The notes under the pieces were generated by a model, which searched no databases, was not told where the DNA came from, and saw only the letters and a program-made list of their open reading frames with translations. DNA of 64,000 nt from Carcharhinus amblyrhynchos (lineage: Eukaryota). Positions 11,850 to 25,146 of this stretch are shown here, one piece after another (the stretch's first letter is position 1; the number at the start of each line of letters is the position of its first letter). Where the stretch lies: positions 44,330,001-44,394,000 of the forward strand of contig OZ336884.1 in the NCBI GenBank assembly GCA_965287045.1, read 5' to 3'. A program made the translations under genes and the position numbers.

Positions 11850-13265
11850 AATACTCTGCCAACTATCAATACTTTATACCCAAATTCTACAGATTGGACA
11901 CCTGGATGGCACATCTTGCATATTCCTTTTTTCCAACATAAGGCCTGGTTGTATCCATTTGATATCCACATTAAGCAATGATTGCTGATGACACAAAAAA
12001 AAGGAAAGTAAGCTGTGAAGAAGAAATAATACCCTTGCAAAAGGACGTAGATAGATTATGTGAGGGAACAAAAATTTGCTAGATTGAATATAGTGAGTGA
12101 ACTTTTCCACTTTGGCAGGAAAAATAAAGAAGTATATTATCTAAATGGAGAAAGATTGCAGAACTCAGGTACAGAGGGAAATGGCTGTCCTGGCACATAA
12201 ATTACAAAAGGTTGTCATGCAGATATAGTAAGTGATCAGGAAGGCAATAGAGCATGTTGATTTATTGCAAGGGGCATGGAATATAAAAGGATGTTTTGCT
12301 ACAGTTGTATAAGACATTGGTGAGACAAGGCATTGGGTGGCATGGTGGCACTGTAGTTAGCACTGCTGCCTCACAACATCAGGGACCCAGGTTCAATTCT
12401 GACCTTGAGTAACTGTGTGGAGTTTGTACGTTCTGCTCATATCTATGTGGGTTTCCTCTGGGTGCTCCTGTTTCATCCCATTTCAAAGATGCGCAGATTA
12501 GGTGGATTGGTCATGCTAAATTGCCTCTTAGTGTCCAAAGTTGTGTAGGTTAGGTAGATTAGCCATGGTAAATGCACAGGGTTACAGGGCGAAGGCAAGG
12601 GGTGTGCCTGGGTAAGATGCTCTTTCAGAGAGTTGGTGCAGGCTCGATGAGGCAAATGTCCTCTTTCTGCACAAGTGGGATTCTATGGTTCCATGGACAC
12701 ATCTCAAATACATTATACCATTTTGGTGTCTTCATTTAAAAAAAGATATAAATATGTATGAACTTCAGAGAAGGTTCAATTGATTGATACCGCAGATTGG
12801 TGGGGAAGCGGGTATTTAATAAGGAAAGATTTGACAGGCTGGGCTGTATCCATGGGAGTATATATGAAAAAGAGGTGAAATATTAAAGCATCGGGGATCC
12901 TGAGGGGGCCTAACAAAATGGAAACTGCAAGGAAGTTTTCCCTTGTAGGAGTGACTATAACTAGAGACACAGTTTAAAATTAAGGGGTGTCTCATTTAAA
13001 ACAGGGATGAGGAGAAATGTTTTCTCTCAGTGGGTCATGTGTCTTAGAAATTTTCTTTCCTAGAAAGCAGTGGAGGCAGGATTGTTGAATATTTTCAAGG
13101 TAGAGATAAATAGATTGTTGGCTAACAAGGCAGTCAAAGTATATTGGAGCAGGTAGGAAAGTCAAGTTGAGGCCACAAACAGATCAGCCATAACCTTAAT
13201 TAATGATGAAGCAGATTTGAGAGAAATATTCCTGTTGCCAATTTGTATGTATATATGTTCATACG
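11850..13265 (+). mobile_element. CR1 LINE RT and 3' region, interrupted by a SINE
   Basis: 'gctgatgacacaaaa' (ADDTK motif), 'tataagacattggtgagac' (YKTLVR) and 'gggatgaggagaaatgttttctctcag', ending in a tatgt-type tail. Confidence 0.75.
12335..12695 (+). mobile_element. HE1-type V-SINE, full length
   Basis: tRNA-like head with A box and B box (ggttcaattc), V-domain 'tgtggagtttgtacgttct...gtgggtttcctctgggtgctcc', and CR1-type tail 'ggattctatg'. Confidence 0.85.
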
Positions 13266-14419
13266 TATCAATAAATGCCTTAACAATGACCTTTGATTAC
13301 TTATGAAGAGAAGGCCCCGTTGAAGGTCTGGGAGGTAATGAGAGGGACAGGGGAAGAATAAGGTCAGGGCTTCCCAGACTCATGGATAGTATTATCATCT
13401 TTACTTTCTTTTATTCTTTATTCAAATTTACTATTTACTTCATTGTACACACAAGCCGACACTGCAGCTTCACAGTATAATGTGTTGGAAAGTGTTGTTA
13501 TGCAAGTTCAGTCATCCTATGATTAACAATAAAAGTATTCCATTTTCTTGCTTCCAATGCCCAAGAAATAAGGTGGCACATTCATTCTCAGTCAAGCATT
13601 TTACAGCACTCTGTGCCATTCACAGTGTCAAACATTAGTGCATGTATATTTACTCTAGGGGCACTTCATAAGTTGTAAGATGAGGTATGTTGTGAAGCAA
13701 AATGCACAACTGAGCAACAGCTAGTGCAGGTGGAATTGGAGGATCTGCTGGCAAGATGTTCTACTTGAGTTTCCTACAAATATTGTGCATTCAGTTTGGA
13801 GTGTTCAAAGCAGCATGCAAGCTTAAAAAGCATCTATGGCAGAAGCTATAACATGGCATCTGTGTAGTGTTACATGACCAAGCTGCAGGTGGTAGGGTGA
13901 GGTGGTAGTGAGTCTGTATCCCACTTCTCTACATGTTGAGATCTCTGCTTTTCAGGTGCATCACAGGGGAAGTATCAAGAGCAGACAGCAAAACAGAGAA
14001 AATCAATTTCATCGCAATAGGATGTTTTTGTACATTACTTTGTGTAATCACAGAGGTATACACAGCTTTCAGAGCGGACCATAAATACTCTTCAGGTGAG
14101 AACTGCATCTGGCACAGTAAACTAAACTACCAACACTCCACTTCCATTGAATAGCTATCAATTAGGAGCAATTTTCTTCATGCTCCTGGTTGCAGCTACT
14201 CTGCCATTTACAGTTTGGGTTTCAGAGTATGAATGACAGCTGCTGTGTTGTTCAGGATTGCAAATGTGACATTATTTATTTTTGTGTTCATGCTACTGAC
14301 TTACAGATCTTAGCTCATGCAGAGGGAAAAATAAAATTTGAATATGCAAGTACATCTGCTGGTAAACATTGTGGTAGCATATTCAATATAAAGGAGTACT
14401 TCAAAATTTTAAGTGGGAA

Positions 14420-15500
14420 ACCAAGGATTGGGGAATGGATCAATAACAAATTCTACATTAGACTGTTCCACGCTCTTCTGAATTACTAGTCTAAACCTTA
14501 TGATACAATAATCACTGTTACCAAACCATTCCCCCACAGCCAGTTGGTTCACTTGACCCATCTGAATCTTCAATAGAGCAAGTAATGCCTCCAATCCAGC
14601 TAGGCAGCAAACATACTGAGCAAGGAAATTCTGATGAACACATCTCAAAAATTCCTTCCCCTCCTTTTCTTTTACTTTAATACTATTCTAATAATGTTTG
14701 GGTAATTAGAGGTCCACAATGTCACACTCTACAATTTGTTCATCTTGGATTTCCCTACAGATCTGTTCCTCTGTCACTCTCATTATTTGAAGCCCCCTAG
14801 AATATCTCAGAAGCATGATCACATTATTTCTGCTTTTTAACACTATTCACATGGGTTTTGTCCTTGTTTCTTCAAGAGCATCTACTCTTCCTAACACTGC
14901 AATGCCTTTGCTAATCAATACTGCTTTCCCAACTTCAGCAAGGCACATGAGATTGGCTTCTTGGAGTCTGTGTTCCCTGATTGAGGTCATAATTGCCTCC
15001 ACAATCAGGAATCCTCATCTGTGTATAAAAATGTGTCAGGTCTTCTGGCCAGATTCTGACTTTGGACTTGAAGCACTCCTGAAGAGTTGATAAATAAAAG
15101 GAATATGGTGAAGAGCCACTGACTCTGAGGAGTTATTTTACCAACTGCCCTATGTTCTTTCTTGTTTATCCTGAACATGTTATATCCTCCAATATCAAGA
15201 ATTCTGTTCTTATCCTTACTAAGCCATATTTCCACTCCATCATATTTCTGTACTGTTGTTTTGTGCTTGTAACTCAACAGTCTATTTGGCACACTTTTGT
15301 GTGTTTACATGTATGCATTGTGATCCTATGTTTGATTTCATGTCATCCTTCCTAGTCCACTTCTATCAAATAAGGAACAACTCCTTCTTCTAATACTATC
15401 TAACGTCTTACCTTACGCACTTTATTCGTCTTTTCCACTTCGATATGCTGCTGTCCATCTCCTTGCTAATTTAATTTAAACACCCTGCCCTCTTGAACCA
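14420..15500 (-). mobile_element. Degraded CR1 ORF1/ORF2 junction and endonuclease domain
   Basis: GEWFGNSDYCIIRF (GNSDH motif), KYDGVEIWL..IGGYNMFR (ITETWL..GYxxFR pattern), and the junction-like sequence gggtgtttaaattaa. Confidence 0.55.
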
Positions 15501-16479
15501 TGCTAATAAACCTTCCCGTTTCTTATATCCTTAGCATGTTTCCAATTCAAAAGTTCTTGTCTCCTATTTAAGATGATGTCATAATATTTCCAATTTGCTG
15601 TCCATAGTCAGGTTTCTCCTTTGGCCTCAATGCTGGTTTTCTTCACTGTGTTTCTTTCACTTCTTTGTTTTTTGACATGATATTGTTTTCAGCCGCCTTT
15701 CTGTTTTATTCCTAACTTCTAGTATTTTGCTGTGGCATACATGGCTTTAAATGTTCAACATGTTCTTTTGAAATTCCTCTTTTTTAATTATTTTAGGACA
15801 TATACAAAATTTCAGAAGACTTTTTTATAGCACTATAAAGAATTGTACCTGGTCTTATGTAATAATCACAGACTATGGAAGCTTGGGATCTCAAACTGTC
15901 TTTACAAATTTTTGCAGATGGAAGCTGAATGAAATGGACCAAAGGCAACATGGGCAGATTGAGTTTGCCATGGAGTTTGACCAAAGCTATGTATGATAGA
16001 GGCACTACAGGTCAGAAAGTTATCAACTAATTCTCCAATACTCATAACCAGGAGATAAATAGAGTGAATCTGCAGTAAGATAATATTAACAGAAAAGAAC
16101 ACTAGAATCATTGGATGATCTCAGGAATTCCTTACCCATATCTATATTTTCATTGGAATCCAATGTAAAAGGTAATACTATAAAATTTAGTGCACAAAAA
16201 TTACCAATCTCATTATCATCTAACATGAAAGACAAATTCAGAGCAAGTGGAGAGGCACTAATTCTCTGCTATGCTGTGTTAAATCAACATTATTATAGTT
16301 ACACAGTTCTTGAGGCCATTCCCTGCCTAATTGCTGTCTGTAATGACAAAACTGAAAAAAAAACATGTTCAGAGCTTCTAACAACCTGCCATGAAAACTC
16401 TGCTCACATTTTGACTGCTGTGATAAATTCCACCACAACAGCTGAGACAATCCACAATGTTCTGAAACAACCAACAACA

Positions 16480-19400
16480 TTCTAAACCAAACTACCCATG
16501 ACATTCTAAAAGAAAACGTAAATTTGCCCTATCTCCTAATGTTAATAGATGAACTATGTAAAAAAAAATCCAGGATCTGCATCTTCACCAGAAGCTATTC
16601 AGTTATTCCTTGTGCTATACTCTGTCTGAAATCTATTAGCTTTTGAGATAAATTATTTACAAACACGGGCAGAAGCATTACCTCTACTGAACTTCAATGG
16701 CAGAGGTAAAAACAGTAAAGATAATTATCATATTCTTCGGGCACATTATGCAAGCTTTGGAAATTATGGCTGATCCACAGAAAACCAACATCATTAGAGA
16801 GCCTAAAAAATTCACAGGATTACAAAGATATCTTGGGATAGTCAATCAAGTTGACCGGCTCTTACCAAACTTGGCAGAAATCAACAGTGATGCTAAATGT
16901 GGGCCAGCAAAATGTTTTTGACAAGATAAAATATTTCCTCATTTCACTAGAATTTGAAGCACACAATGATCCAGAGTTTCCAACAATGTAGCAGTGGACA
17001 CATCATCTTTTGCCTTGGGTGCAGTGCTGTTTCAAGTTCAAAAGACGGACAATGAAGATCAGTTCATTATGAATCAAAATCTGTCAATGATACAGAAAAG
17101 AGATACACAACCATTGAGAAAGAAGCATGGGCATGTGAAAAGTCTGCTGATTATGTCATGGGATTAAGGCTTAAAATTGAAATCAACCATGAAGATTTCC
17201 ATATTGTCCCTAACTTAAAGGAAATTGCAAAAAAGCTGTCTAGAATTCAAAATATTGACAGAGTCATGAGATTCAGTTCAGTTACTGAGTACATTAGGGG
17301 AAGAACAGCGGATACATTATCAAGAATATTCGTGGAAGAAGTTAAACTGGAAGACTTAAATTTCATTGACTATGGAAGCATATAATTCACTCATTACTGA
17401 ACGCTTACCAGCCTCAGAAAAGAAAATAAGCAAACACAACAGCTGGATGACAAATGCATCTAATTGAAAGAGTATTGCCAGTATATATGGCTAGAATTTA
17501 TTCCTCATAACCTAGTGCTTTGCCAATACTTTGAACAGAGAAAATATTGATGATTTCTTGGATCAGAATTTTATGTTGATTGCGTGGGATTGCACCTGAC
17601 CTTGGAGCACGTGAAATTGTGTAAGAAGGTGTTGGGCATGTGTCCCAATGTCATTGTGCTTGCACACAACATTACAGTCAGCAGGTACAGGCAAGCATCT
17701 GAAATACTGACAACTAAGTAAGCAATCAAGCTTATTAAGGAGGCAATTGGTGGCAATTTTATGTGGCTCGTGCACTTTTGGGACAGCATGGTGGCACGGC
17801 GGTACCTCACAGTGCCAGGTACTGAGTTTCATTCTTGACTTGGATCACTGTGTGTGGATCACTTGGAGTCTGCACGTTCTTTCCATGTCTGCTTGGGATT
17901 CCTCCGGGTGCTCAGTTTTCCTCCCACAGTCTGAAAGATATGCTGGTTAGATGCATTGGCCATGCTAAATTCTCCCTCAGTGTACCCGAACAGGTGCCGG
18001 AATGTGGAGACTCGGGGATTTTCATAGTAGCTTCATTGCAGTATTAATGTTTGTGGCTAATAAATAAACTTAAAATTTTTATGGTTGGGGATGGGCCAAT
18101 CAGCCAGGCAGCCTTCAGGTTTTCACAGCAGGTTAAAATGTCTGGGCTGTAAAAAGAGGCTTTTGAGGGCTGAGGTTGATGGTCTGCTGTTAGGTGCTTG
18201 AATTTACAATGCAGGCACAGTTTGCAGCATTTCTTTGAGCTCATCTTATTGATACCATGCAGCAGTTCCCTGAGGCAGCTCCACAGTAGCTATAATAGAG
18301 TTATGAAACAGACCCTTTGGCCCAATTCTTCAACAGCAACCAAGTTTTCTAAACTGGACTAATCCCATTCACCTGTGTTTGGCCCATATCCTTCTAAACC
18401 TTTCCTATCCATGTACCTATACATATCAGCTTTCAAAAAGTTTGCTGGAAATACCCACCTTCACCATCACTTTACTCAGTGCCCACCCTCTTTCTAACAC
18501 CCCTGCCCAAACAGCACTGAGCCTTTTTCAGAGCACATTTCACACTAGCTGCCAGTTAATTGGCTGGCCAGAGTGAAATCACAGTTGGGGTTCAATTGTG
18601 GTCAGAAGTGCTTATCGTGGCCATTTTTGGGCCCACCAATGTTTGATGAGGCAAATACTCATGTCTTAGTTTTTAACAATGCACTAGTCTTCCCTGAAAC
18701 TCCACTAAAATAATTCCAGGAGCTCCACCAAAGTAATTCTGAGCAAGAGCCCAGCAGTCAGTCTGCCAGCCAGGCACTCCATTGAAGAGTTAATCACAAA
18801 CAGCCAGCAGCAAAGTGAACCACAGGCACCCTCCACTTTCCCTTTGAGGTCATGGCAACCAGCTGGGAATGGATTTATTTGCATTTGAAGGCAGAGTTTT
18901 TATCATCATTATCAGCGCCTATTACTCCAGATGGTTTAAAGTGAGTAGAATGCATAGCACCATAGCAGAGGCATTCATTACATACTAAGGTTAATCCTTC
19001 TGACACATGATATCCTTGATGTTGTGATGTCAGACAACATACCTCAGTCTGCTAATGAGCTGTTCCATAACTTTATGCAGGAATATAGTTTCAGCTTTGT
19101 AACTCGTTCATCTAGATATTTTCAGTCAAATGGAGAATCAGAAAGAGGACCTTGTAAAAATTACGGAATTGATGAAAAAGAATAAGGGTAACTTAGCTCT
19201 TAACCACAGAGCCTCACTTCTAAAACAAGAGGTTCTTGCCATCAGAACTATTGTTGGGAAGACAACTGTCTACACAGCTTCCAGCTCAACAACAAACACT
19301 ACAACCTAACATTGTCTCAGATAGTTATGAGAAAGTTAGGAAGTATGAGGAGTAAGAAAGAGACAGTCAAGATCCTAACTTTAATTTCAGGCAGTGAGAA

Positions 19401-19540
19401 TGAGGCCTGTAAGTGCTACAGCTCAGGTTCAGACTATGGATGTGAAAGCATAGTAATCAAAAGAACTCCTCAGCTGAGATCTTATAGAATTGGGGCAGAC
19501 CAGTAAAATATAAGAAAGAACTGAAAAGCCTCGATATTAG
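16480..19540 (+). mobile_element. Decayed Ty3/Gypsy pol (RT C-terminus, RNase H, integrase) with nested insertions at about 17560-18640; no LTRs found
   Basis: FFGHIM..ADPQKT..LQRYLGIVNQ (RT), VDTSSFALGAVLFQ..TEKRYTTIEKEAWACEK (RNase H), and DVVMSDN..YFQSNGESERG (integrase core). Many stops and frameshifts. Confidence 0.8.
17781..18075 (+). mobile_element. V-SINE variant with an alternative 3' tail
   Basis: Same head and V-core as the HE1 copies, but it ends 'cattgcagtattaatg...gtggctaataaataaactt'. Confidence 0.75.
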
Positions 19541-19670
19541 GAAGGAAACTATTTGAACCTTGGGTATATCGTCCAGATTTGGAAACAGGTAAGGAACCAG
19601 AAACAGGTAGAAACTATGCAACCACCCAGGTGGAAGACACTCTTATTGAATGTCAAGAGAGTGCAAATGT

Positions 19671-19992
19671 GGGCAGCACGGTGGCTCAGTTGTTAGCAGT
19701 GCTGCCTCAAGGCGCCAAGGACCTGGGTTCAATTCCGACCTCAGGTGGCTTTATGTGTGGAGTTTGTATGTTCTCCCCGTGTCTGCATGGGTTTCCTCCG
19801 GGTGCTCTGGTTTCTTCCCACAGTCCAAAAATGTGCGGGTTAGGTTGATTGACCATGCTAAATTGCCCCTTAATGTCAGGAGGGACTAGCAGGGTAAATA
19901 CATAAGGTGATAGTGATAGGGTCTGGGTGGGATTGTTGTCGGTGGTGACTCAGTGGGCTGAATGGCCTCCTTCTGCACTGTCAGGATTGTAT
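19671..19992 (+). mobile_element. HE1-type V-SINE, full length
   Basis: Head 'gggcagcacggtggctcagt...ggttcaattcc', V-core, and tail 'gaatggcctccttctgcactg'. Confidence 0.85.
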
Positions 19993-19996
19993 AAAA

Positions 19997-20064
19997 TGAC
20001 AGACAGAATTAAGTAGGAGTTCAGGTGTTTCTCGTGTGTCAGTGCAGGCTCCACAGGTCGAAGG
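19997..20064 (+). repeat. 68-bp exact copy of 21060-21127
   Basis: tgacagacagaattaagtaggagttcaggtgtttctcgtgtgtcagtgcaggctccacaggtcgaagg is identical at both positions. Confidence 0.95.
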
Positions 20065-20506
20065 ACTTCCTCAGGTTCCAATGCTCATCAGCAATTGGCA
20101 TTCAATGCATTGTCATTTCTGATACTGGATGATCTCGCCCAAAGACTTTTGATTGCAATGCCCAACAAAGTACTTGCAATGTAGAATAGCTGAGTCTAAG
20201 AATATTTGACATGGTTTACAAATGTTCTTAACTGCTCCATTTACACACAAAATTGTGATCTGAATCCAACCAGCTACTCTTTGCCAGCCAAAATACATCT
20301 GATACCTACTTATCAAAAAACAAACAGCTTGTACTTGAGTAAAATGGCATAACCATCTCTAAGCATACTCCAATACACTGCCCTTCCTCTTTAGAGGCAG
20401 ATATTATAATCCAGTATGTAGTAAACATGAAATAGAATGTTTAATGGCAATCGTTAAGAGCTGACTAAATTCTTGCTGACTGTGGGTTTGCTTATCAGGA
20501 CTTTGA

Positions 20507-20556
20507 TGCCAAATATATCAGCTCTGATGTGGTGCCAAATATATCAGCTCTGATGT
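20507..20556 (+). repeat. Tandem duplication of 24 bp
   Basis: tgccaaatatatcagctctgatgt occurs twice, separated by gg. Confidence 0.9.
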
Positions 20557-20811
20557 CCTCAGATCTTAAAGTTGATACCACCCAACACTAATGTATTGTA
20601 ATGCATTACTAATGCAATGTATTCCACGTTGCAGACTTGTATGAAATGTTTTAGAATTCTGCAACCATGTTATCAATTGTTCTTAATTGTCTCCAATCTC
20701 TTCATCAAACCTGTATCTCCTTCCCTTTTCATAGATCTGTACAAGATATTTGTCCATCATCATTTGATATTTATCTTCATTTAACTTGTCACTCCCATTT
20801 AGCAAGCTTTC

Positions 20812-21152
20812 AATGGACAGAGTGGATAAGGAGAAGCTGTTCCCTTTAGCTGAGGGGTCAGTCATGAGAAGACATAGGTTCAAGGCGACGGACAGGAGGT
20901 TTAGGGGGGATGTGAGAAAAAACATTTTTAGCCAAAGAGTGGTGACAGCCTGGAATGCACTGCCTGGGAGAGTGGTAGAGGCAAGTTGTTTCACATCCTT
21001 TAAAAAGTATTTGGATGACCACTTAGCACATCATAACATTCAGGGCTATGGGTGAATGGTGACAGACAGAATTAAGTAGGAGTTCAGGTGTTTCTCGTGT
21101 GTCAGTGCAGGCTCCACAGGTCGAAGGGCTTCTTCTGCACTGTATGATTCTA
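20812..21152 (+). mobile_element. CR1 LINE 3' fragment
   Basis: MDRVDKEKLFPLAEGSVMRRHRFKATDRRFRGDVRKNIFSQRVVTAWNALP is the CR1 ORF2 C-terminus. Confidence 0.85.
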
Positions 21153-23039
21153 ATTTTATTATTTCTGTAATTTTTCTTTTAAATTTCACATTTGTCCCAT
21201 TTGATGAGTCATTATTCTGCTCTGTTGTCTAAATCTGCTTTATAATATTGTACCTATCCAAAACCTTCTCTTGTGATTATTCTGCAGTAGGAGATGTCAA
21301 ACACGCTTTCTCACTGTGAGGTCCAGCTAATGTAAGAGGACAGGTAGAGCAGTTTCAATAAAGAAATGTTTTAAAGCTGTAGGTGTGCCATCTTTGGTGG
21401 TTCATATGATTGTGCTTCACATGGTATTGACTAATGAAGAAGGATGTTAGTTCCACCTAGATCACCATGCAGAAACAGCTGACAATCCATCAACTGTGCC
21501 TTAAATTATTCTTATGCCTCTACTTTGAAATCCATTTGACATTTTGATTATTTTTTGTGTCAAGGAAAGCTTGTTGTCATTATTGTGTCCTGAGGATATT
21601 TCTTTACTTTAAGTTGTAGTGTCAGTTAATTTGCAAAAAGGTAGAACAAGGTATTTGTGAGAAATATTGTGCTAGTCTGTGTATATTGTTATAAGACTGG
21701 GGGCAATCGGGATAGTCCTTTGGTGTAGGCATTTTAGTAAAGGTGAAGTCTCTTTTTCAGTTCTTTCCTACTGTAACAGGGTAAGGACATGACCCTTTTT
21801 CAGGATGAGGCTGTGCAACGCACATTGGGTTGCATACGTGGACCAGTCTGGAGTATAAATTTCCTTTGATCAGGTACCTTCCTCCATCAAGTCCTAACAT
21901 TATTTGCCTCCAATATTTCCATGTTTGATAGGAGATCCTTGGGATTTTCACATGAGCTTCTGGTTGCAAGTGCAAAATATAACAAAACTAATGCAATTTA
22001 AGTTGCATATTCCAGGGGATTGACTTTCAGTTTGGATTTGGGAACACAATGCCCACGTCCTGATCTTGCTCATGCAATACTATTTTAATGATAGATCCTC
22101 TATTTGGGCTGGAGTTGGTCTAATTAGTCGTGCTGGTGCTGCCAGGAGATGGGACAGACTGTAGAGCACAATCCGCAAAGAAAAATAGCAGCCATTTGTT
22201 GCCTTGCAGAATTGAGCAGACAGGCTATCAGAGGGCTAGCAGCCTCATAGTGCAGACAAGTGGCTAACTCACCCTGCTCTGTTTGAATTAACACCATTTT
22301 CCCAACAATTTTACTTTAGCAAAAACATTATTTAGTTCATGCCAGACTTGCTCCTGCCAGCTGTGCACTAATGTACATCAGGCTGCTTGCTTTTCCCAAT
22401 GTGTGATTTGAAAATTGTCTTCTTACCTGCCCTAGCTTATTAAAAAGTCCTTTAAGGAACGTAAGAGGCAGCTAATTGGACGTGAGCGCGATGCTGGCTG
22501 CAACCTCCAATTCCCCACCCTCACTTTGAAAATAGAAGTACATTCTGGAGGCATCAAATGATTGTCAAGCCATTTAAATGAGCTATTTTCAAAGTGCACA
22601 CATACTCACCTTTCCCCAGTGGGCAACTGAAAACAAAGCTGCGGTATGCTGAGCATTAACTTGTCCAAGAGTACTATGATACCACAATTGAAAAGGAAAA
22701 TGATGGATATATTTAGTGTAGGCAACAGAGATTTTGCCAACTAGTAGGAAAACCATCAAGAGCCCAGCGCCATGTCTTTTTGAGAAATCCTCTGAATTAA
22801 GTGTTAATTAGGCACTTAACTGGATACTGATTTGCTTGCTGTGCATAGCCCAGCAACGCACCACACAAGGCCCAGAATTTCCAAGGGACACAGACCACTG
22901 GCGATTGATGAAAAAACAGAGGTTGCTGGGGGTGAGGAGATGGCAGCAAGGGCAGGGGCATTGCTCTCAACAGGTGCCCCCGCCCACTCCTCCTCAAACC
23001 CCACCTTCCCACCCCCAAGGCCTCAACTAGCAGTGGTGG

Positions 23040-23322
23040 GGGACAAGGTTTGATTCCTGGCTTGGATTACTGTCTGTGTGGAGTTTGCACATTCTCCCTG
23101 TGTCTGCGTGGGTTTCCTCTGGGTGCTCCGGTGTCCTGCCCACAGTCCAAAGATGTGCGGGTTAGGTGGATTGGCCATGTTAAAATTGCCCCTTAGTGTC
23201 AAGGGGATTAGCTAGGATAAATGCATGGGGTTATGGGGATAGGGCCTGGGTGGGATTGTGGTCAGTGCAGACTTGATGGGCCAAATGACCTACTTCTGCA
23301 TTGTCGGGTTCTATGATTCTAT
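23040..23322 (+). mobile_element. HE1-type V-SINE, 5' truncated
   Basis: V-core 'ctgtgtggagtttgcacattctccctgtgtctgcgtgggtttcc' and tail 'ttctatgattctat'. Confidence 0.85.
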
Positions 23323-23506
23323 ATGCAATGAAATGGTTATGGCAAAATTACAAACAGATTTCTAAAGAAAACCTTCAATGAAATATCTAACCATCTTCAC
23401 TGAAAAGATTCTTTTGAATTCTATAAGGCAATTTATGACTCTATAAGGTCAGAAATAGTTTCCTCGAGCACATCTATGATATCAGAGGGTTCTGTTGAAT
23501 ATCTTT

Positions 23507-23636
23507 GGCCTGAATTCTCTGATGTTGTAAGTCCTGCCATTGCTGCCAGTGAGAATTTGATGCTTAGCCAAATCTTTATTCAATGTAGTGGGAACAGAGA
23601 ATCCCAGCCTTGGATGAGGTCAGAGAATACCAGCCC
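23507..23636. mobile_element. About 130-bp MITE, same family as 51746-51881
   Basis: Ends ggcctgaattctct and agagaataccagccc; the interior is similar to the 51746 copy. Confidence 0.55.
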
Positions 23637-24029
23637 TAATGTCTGATGAACCTTGTTATCAGATTGTAATAGTGGAAGCAGCATAGGCTCCTTTTTGTAA
23701 AGTTTTAGGTAACTTGAATATGAAAAACAATCCTTTGCCCAACAGTTCAGCCAGACAATTAATTAATGACTGTTTTTGTACCTTGCTATGTATAATTTGG
23801 CTGCCTACTTGCTCAATCTACATGTCATTTATTGGATGTGAAGCACTTTGGGGTATCTTGAGGATATGAAGGCTTGAAACCTTAGTCTTGAGAAATGAAA
23901 CATTTCCTTGATATATTTATTTATCTGTTACTCTATTTCCCACTCTTGCCAGTTCAGTTCTCCACAATCACAAACATCATTAGGTTCTTGTCAAACATAC
24001 ATACAGGAACCATTAATATAATGGCATAT

Positions 24030-24190
24030 GAGGAGATTGTGGTACAGTGGTAATGTCATGTTGGACCAGTAATCCAGAGGCGCAGTCTAATGCTCTAGGG
24101 ACATGGGTTCAAATGTCAGAACAGCTGAAGGAATTTAAAATTCAATTAATAAATCTGGAATTGAAAGCTAGTTTCAGTAATGGCGCTATG
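24030..24190 (+). mobile_element. tRNA-derived SINE, 5' fragment (family of 28832-29185)
   Basis: 'cagtggtaatg...ggttcaaat...aattcaattaataaatctggaatt'. Confidence 0.6.
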
Positions 24191-24391
24191 GTTCTTTAGA
24201 AACCGTATATACTTGATCAATACCCTCTTATTCTGAATAACTCAATTGAATCTTCTTTCCTCTAAGAATAATTTTATTCAACATCAAATGTAGAATTATT
24301 GACTGTACACAGCTTCTACCTTCATGTAACCCTCTCATATTATTTTAACATTGGCATGGATACAGATTGATCTGCAATACCACATTATCTG

Positions 24392-25146
24392 AAGAATCTG
24401 ATGAACTGGTGCAACAACAATAATTTCTCCCTCAACATCAGCAAAACAAAGGAGATAATCATCAACTTCAGGAAACATAGTGGAGAGCATGCCCCTGTCT
24501 TCATCAATGGAGACAAGGTAGAAATGGTCGACAGCTTCAGGTTTTCAGTTGTCCAGATCACCAGTAACCTCTCCTGGTCCGTCCATGTGGATGCTACAGT
24601 TAAGAAAGCTCACCAATGCCTCTATTATCTCAGGAGACTAAGGAAATTTGGCATATCCGCTAGCACTCTCACCCACGTCCACAGATGCATCATAAAAACC
24701 ATTCTTTCTGGTTGTATCACAACTTGATATGGCTCCTGCTCTGTCCAAGACTGCAAGAAACTACAAATGGTTGTGAATGAAGTCCAGTCCATTCAATGAA
24801 TGAAGCTCACTCAAACCAGCATCCCATCCACTGACACTGTCTACATTTCCTGCTGCCTCAGAAAAGCAGCCAGCATAATCAAGGACCCCATGCACCCTGG
24901 ACATACTCTCTTCCACATTTTTGTGTCGGGAACTCAAAAACAGCTTTTCTCCTGCTGCCATTTGACTTTTGAAACGACGTACCTTGCATTAAGTTGATCT
25001 TTCTCCACACCCTAGCTATGACTGTAACACTATATTCTGCACCCTCTACTTTCTTTCTCTATGTACGATATGCTTTGTATAGTGTGCAAGAACCAATATT
25101 TTTTACTGTATATTAATGCATGTGACAATAATAAATCAAATCAAAT
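24392..25146 (+). mobile_element. Rex1/Babar-type LINE 3' fragment
   Basis: WCNNNNFSLNISKTKEIIINFRK..VKKAHQCLYYLRRLRKFG is the RT C-terminus. The tail is 'gtgacaataataaatcaaatcaaat'. Confidence 0.8.

Noticed and set aside
13930-14100. Acceptor-like ctctgcttttcag followed by open frames
   Set aside because: The translations resemble no known protein, and single splice-like motifs are expected by chance in 64 kb.
15850-16480. Possible gag and 5' LTR of the Gypsy relic
   Set aside because: Too degraded to assign, and there is no matching repeat downstream of the integrase.
19671-19745. tRNA-like sequence with A and B boxes
   Set aside because: It is a SINE head that continues into the V-core, not a tRNA gene. 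The same applies to the other SINE heads.
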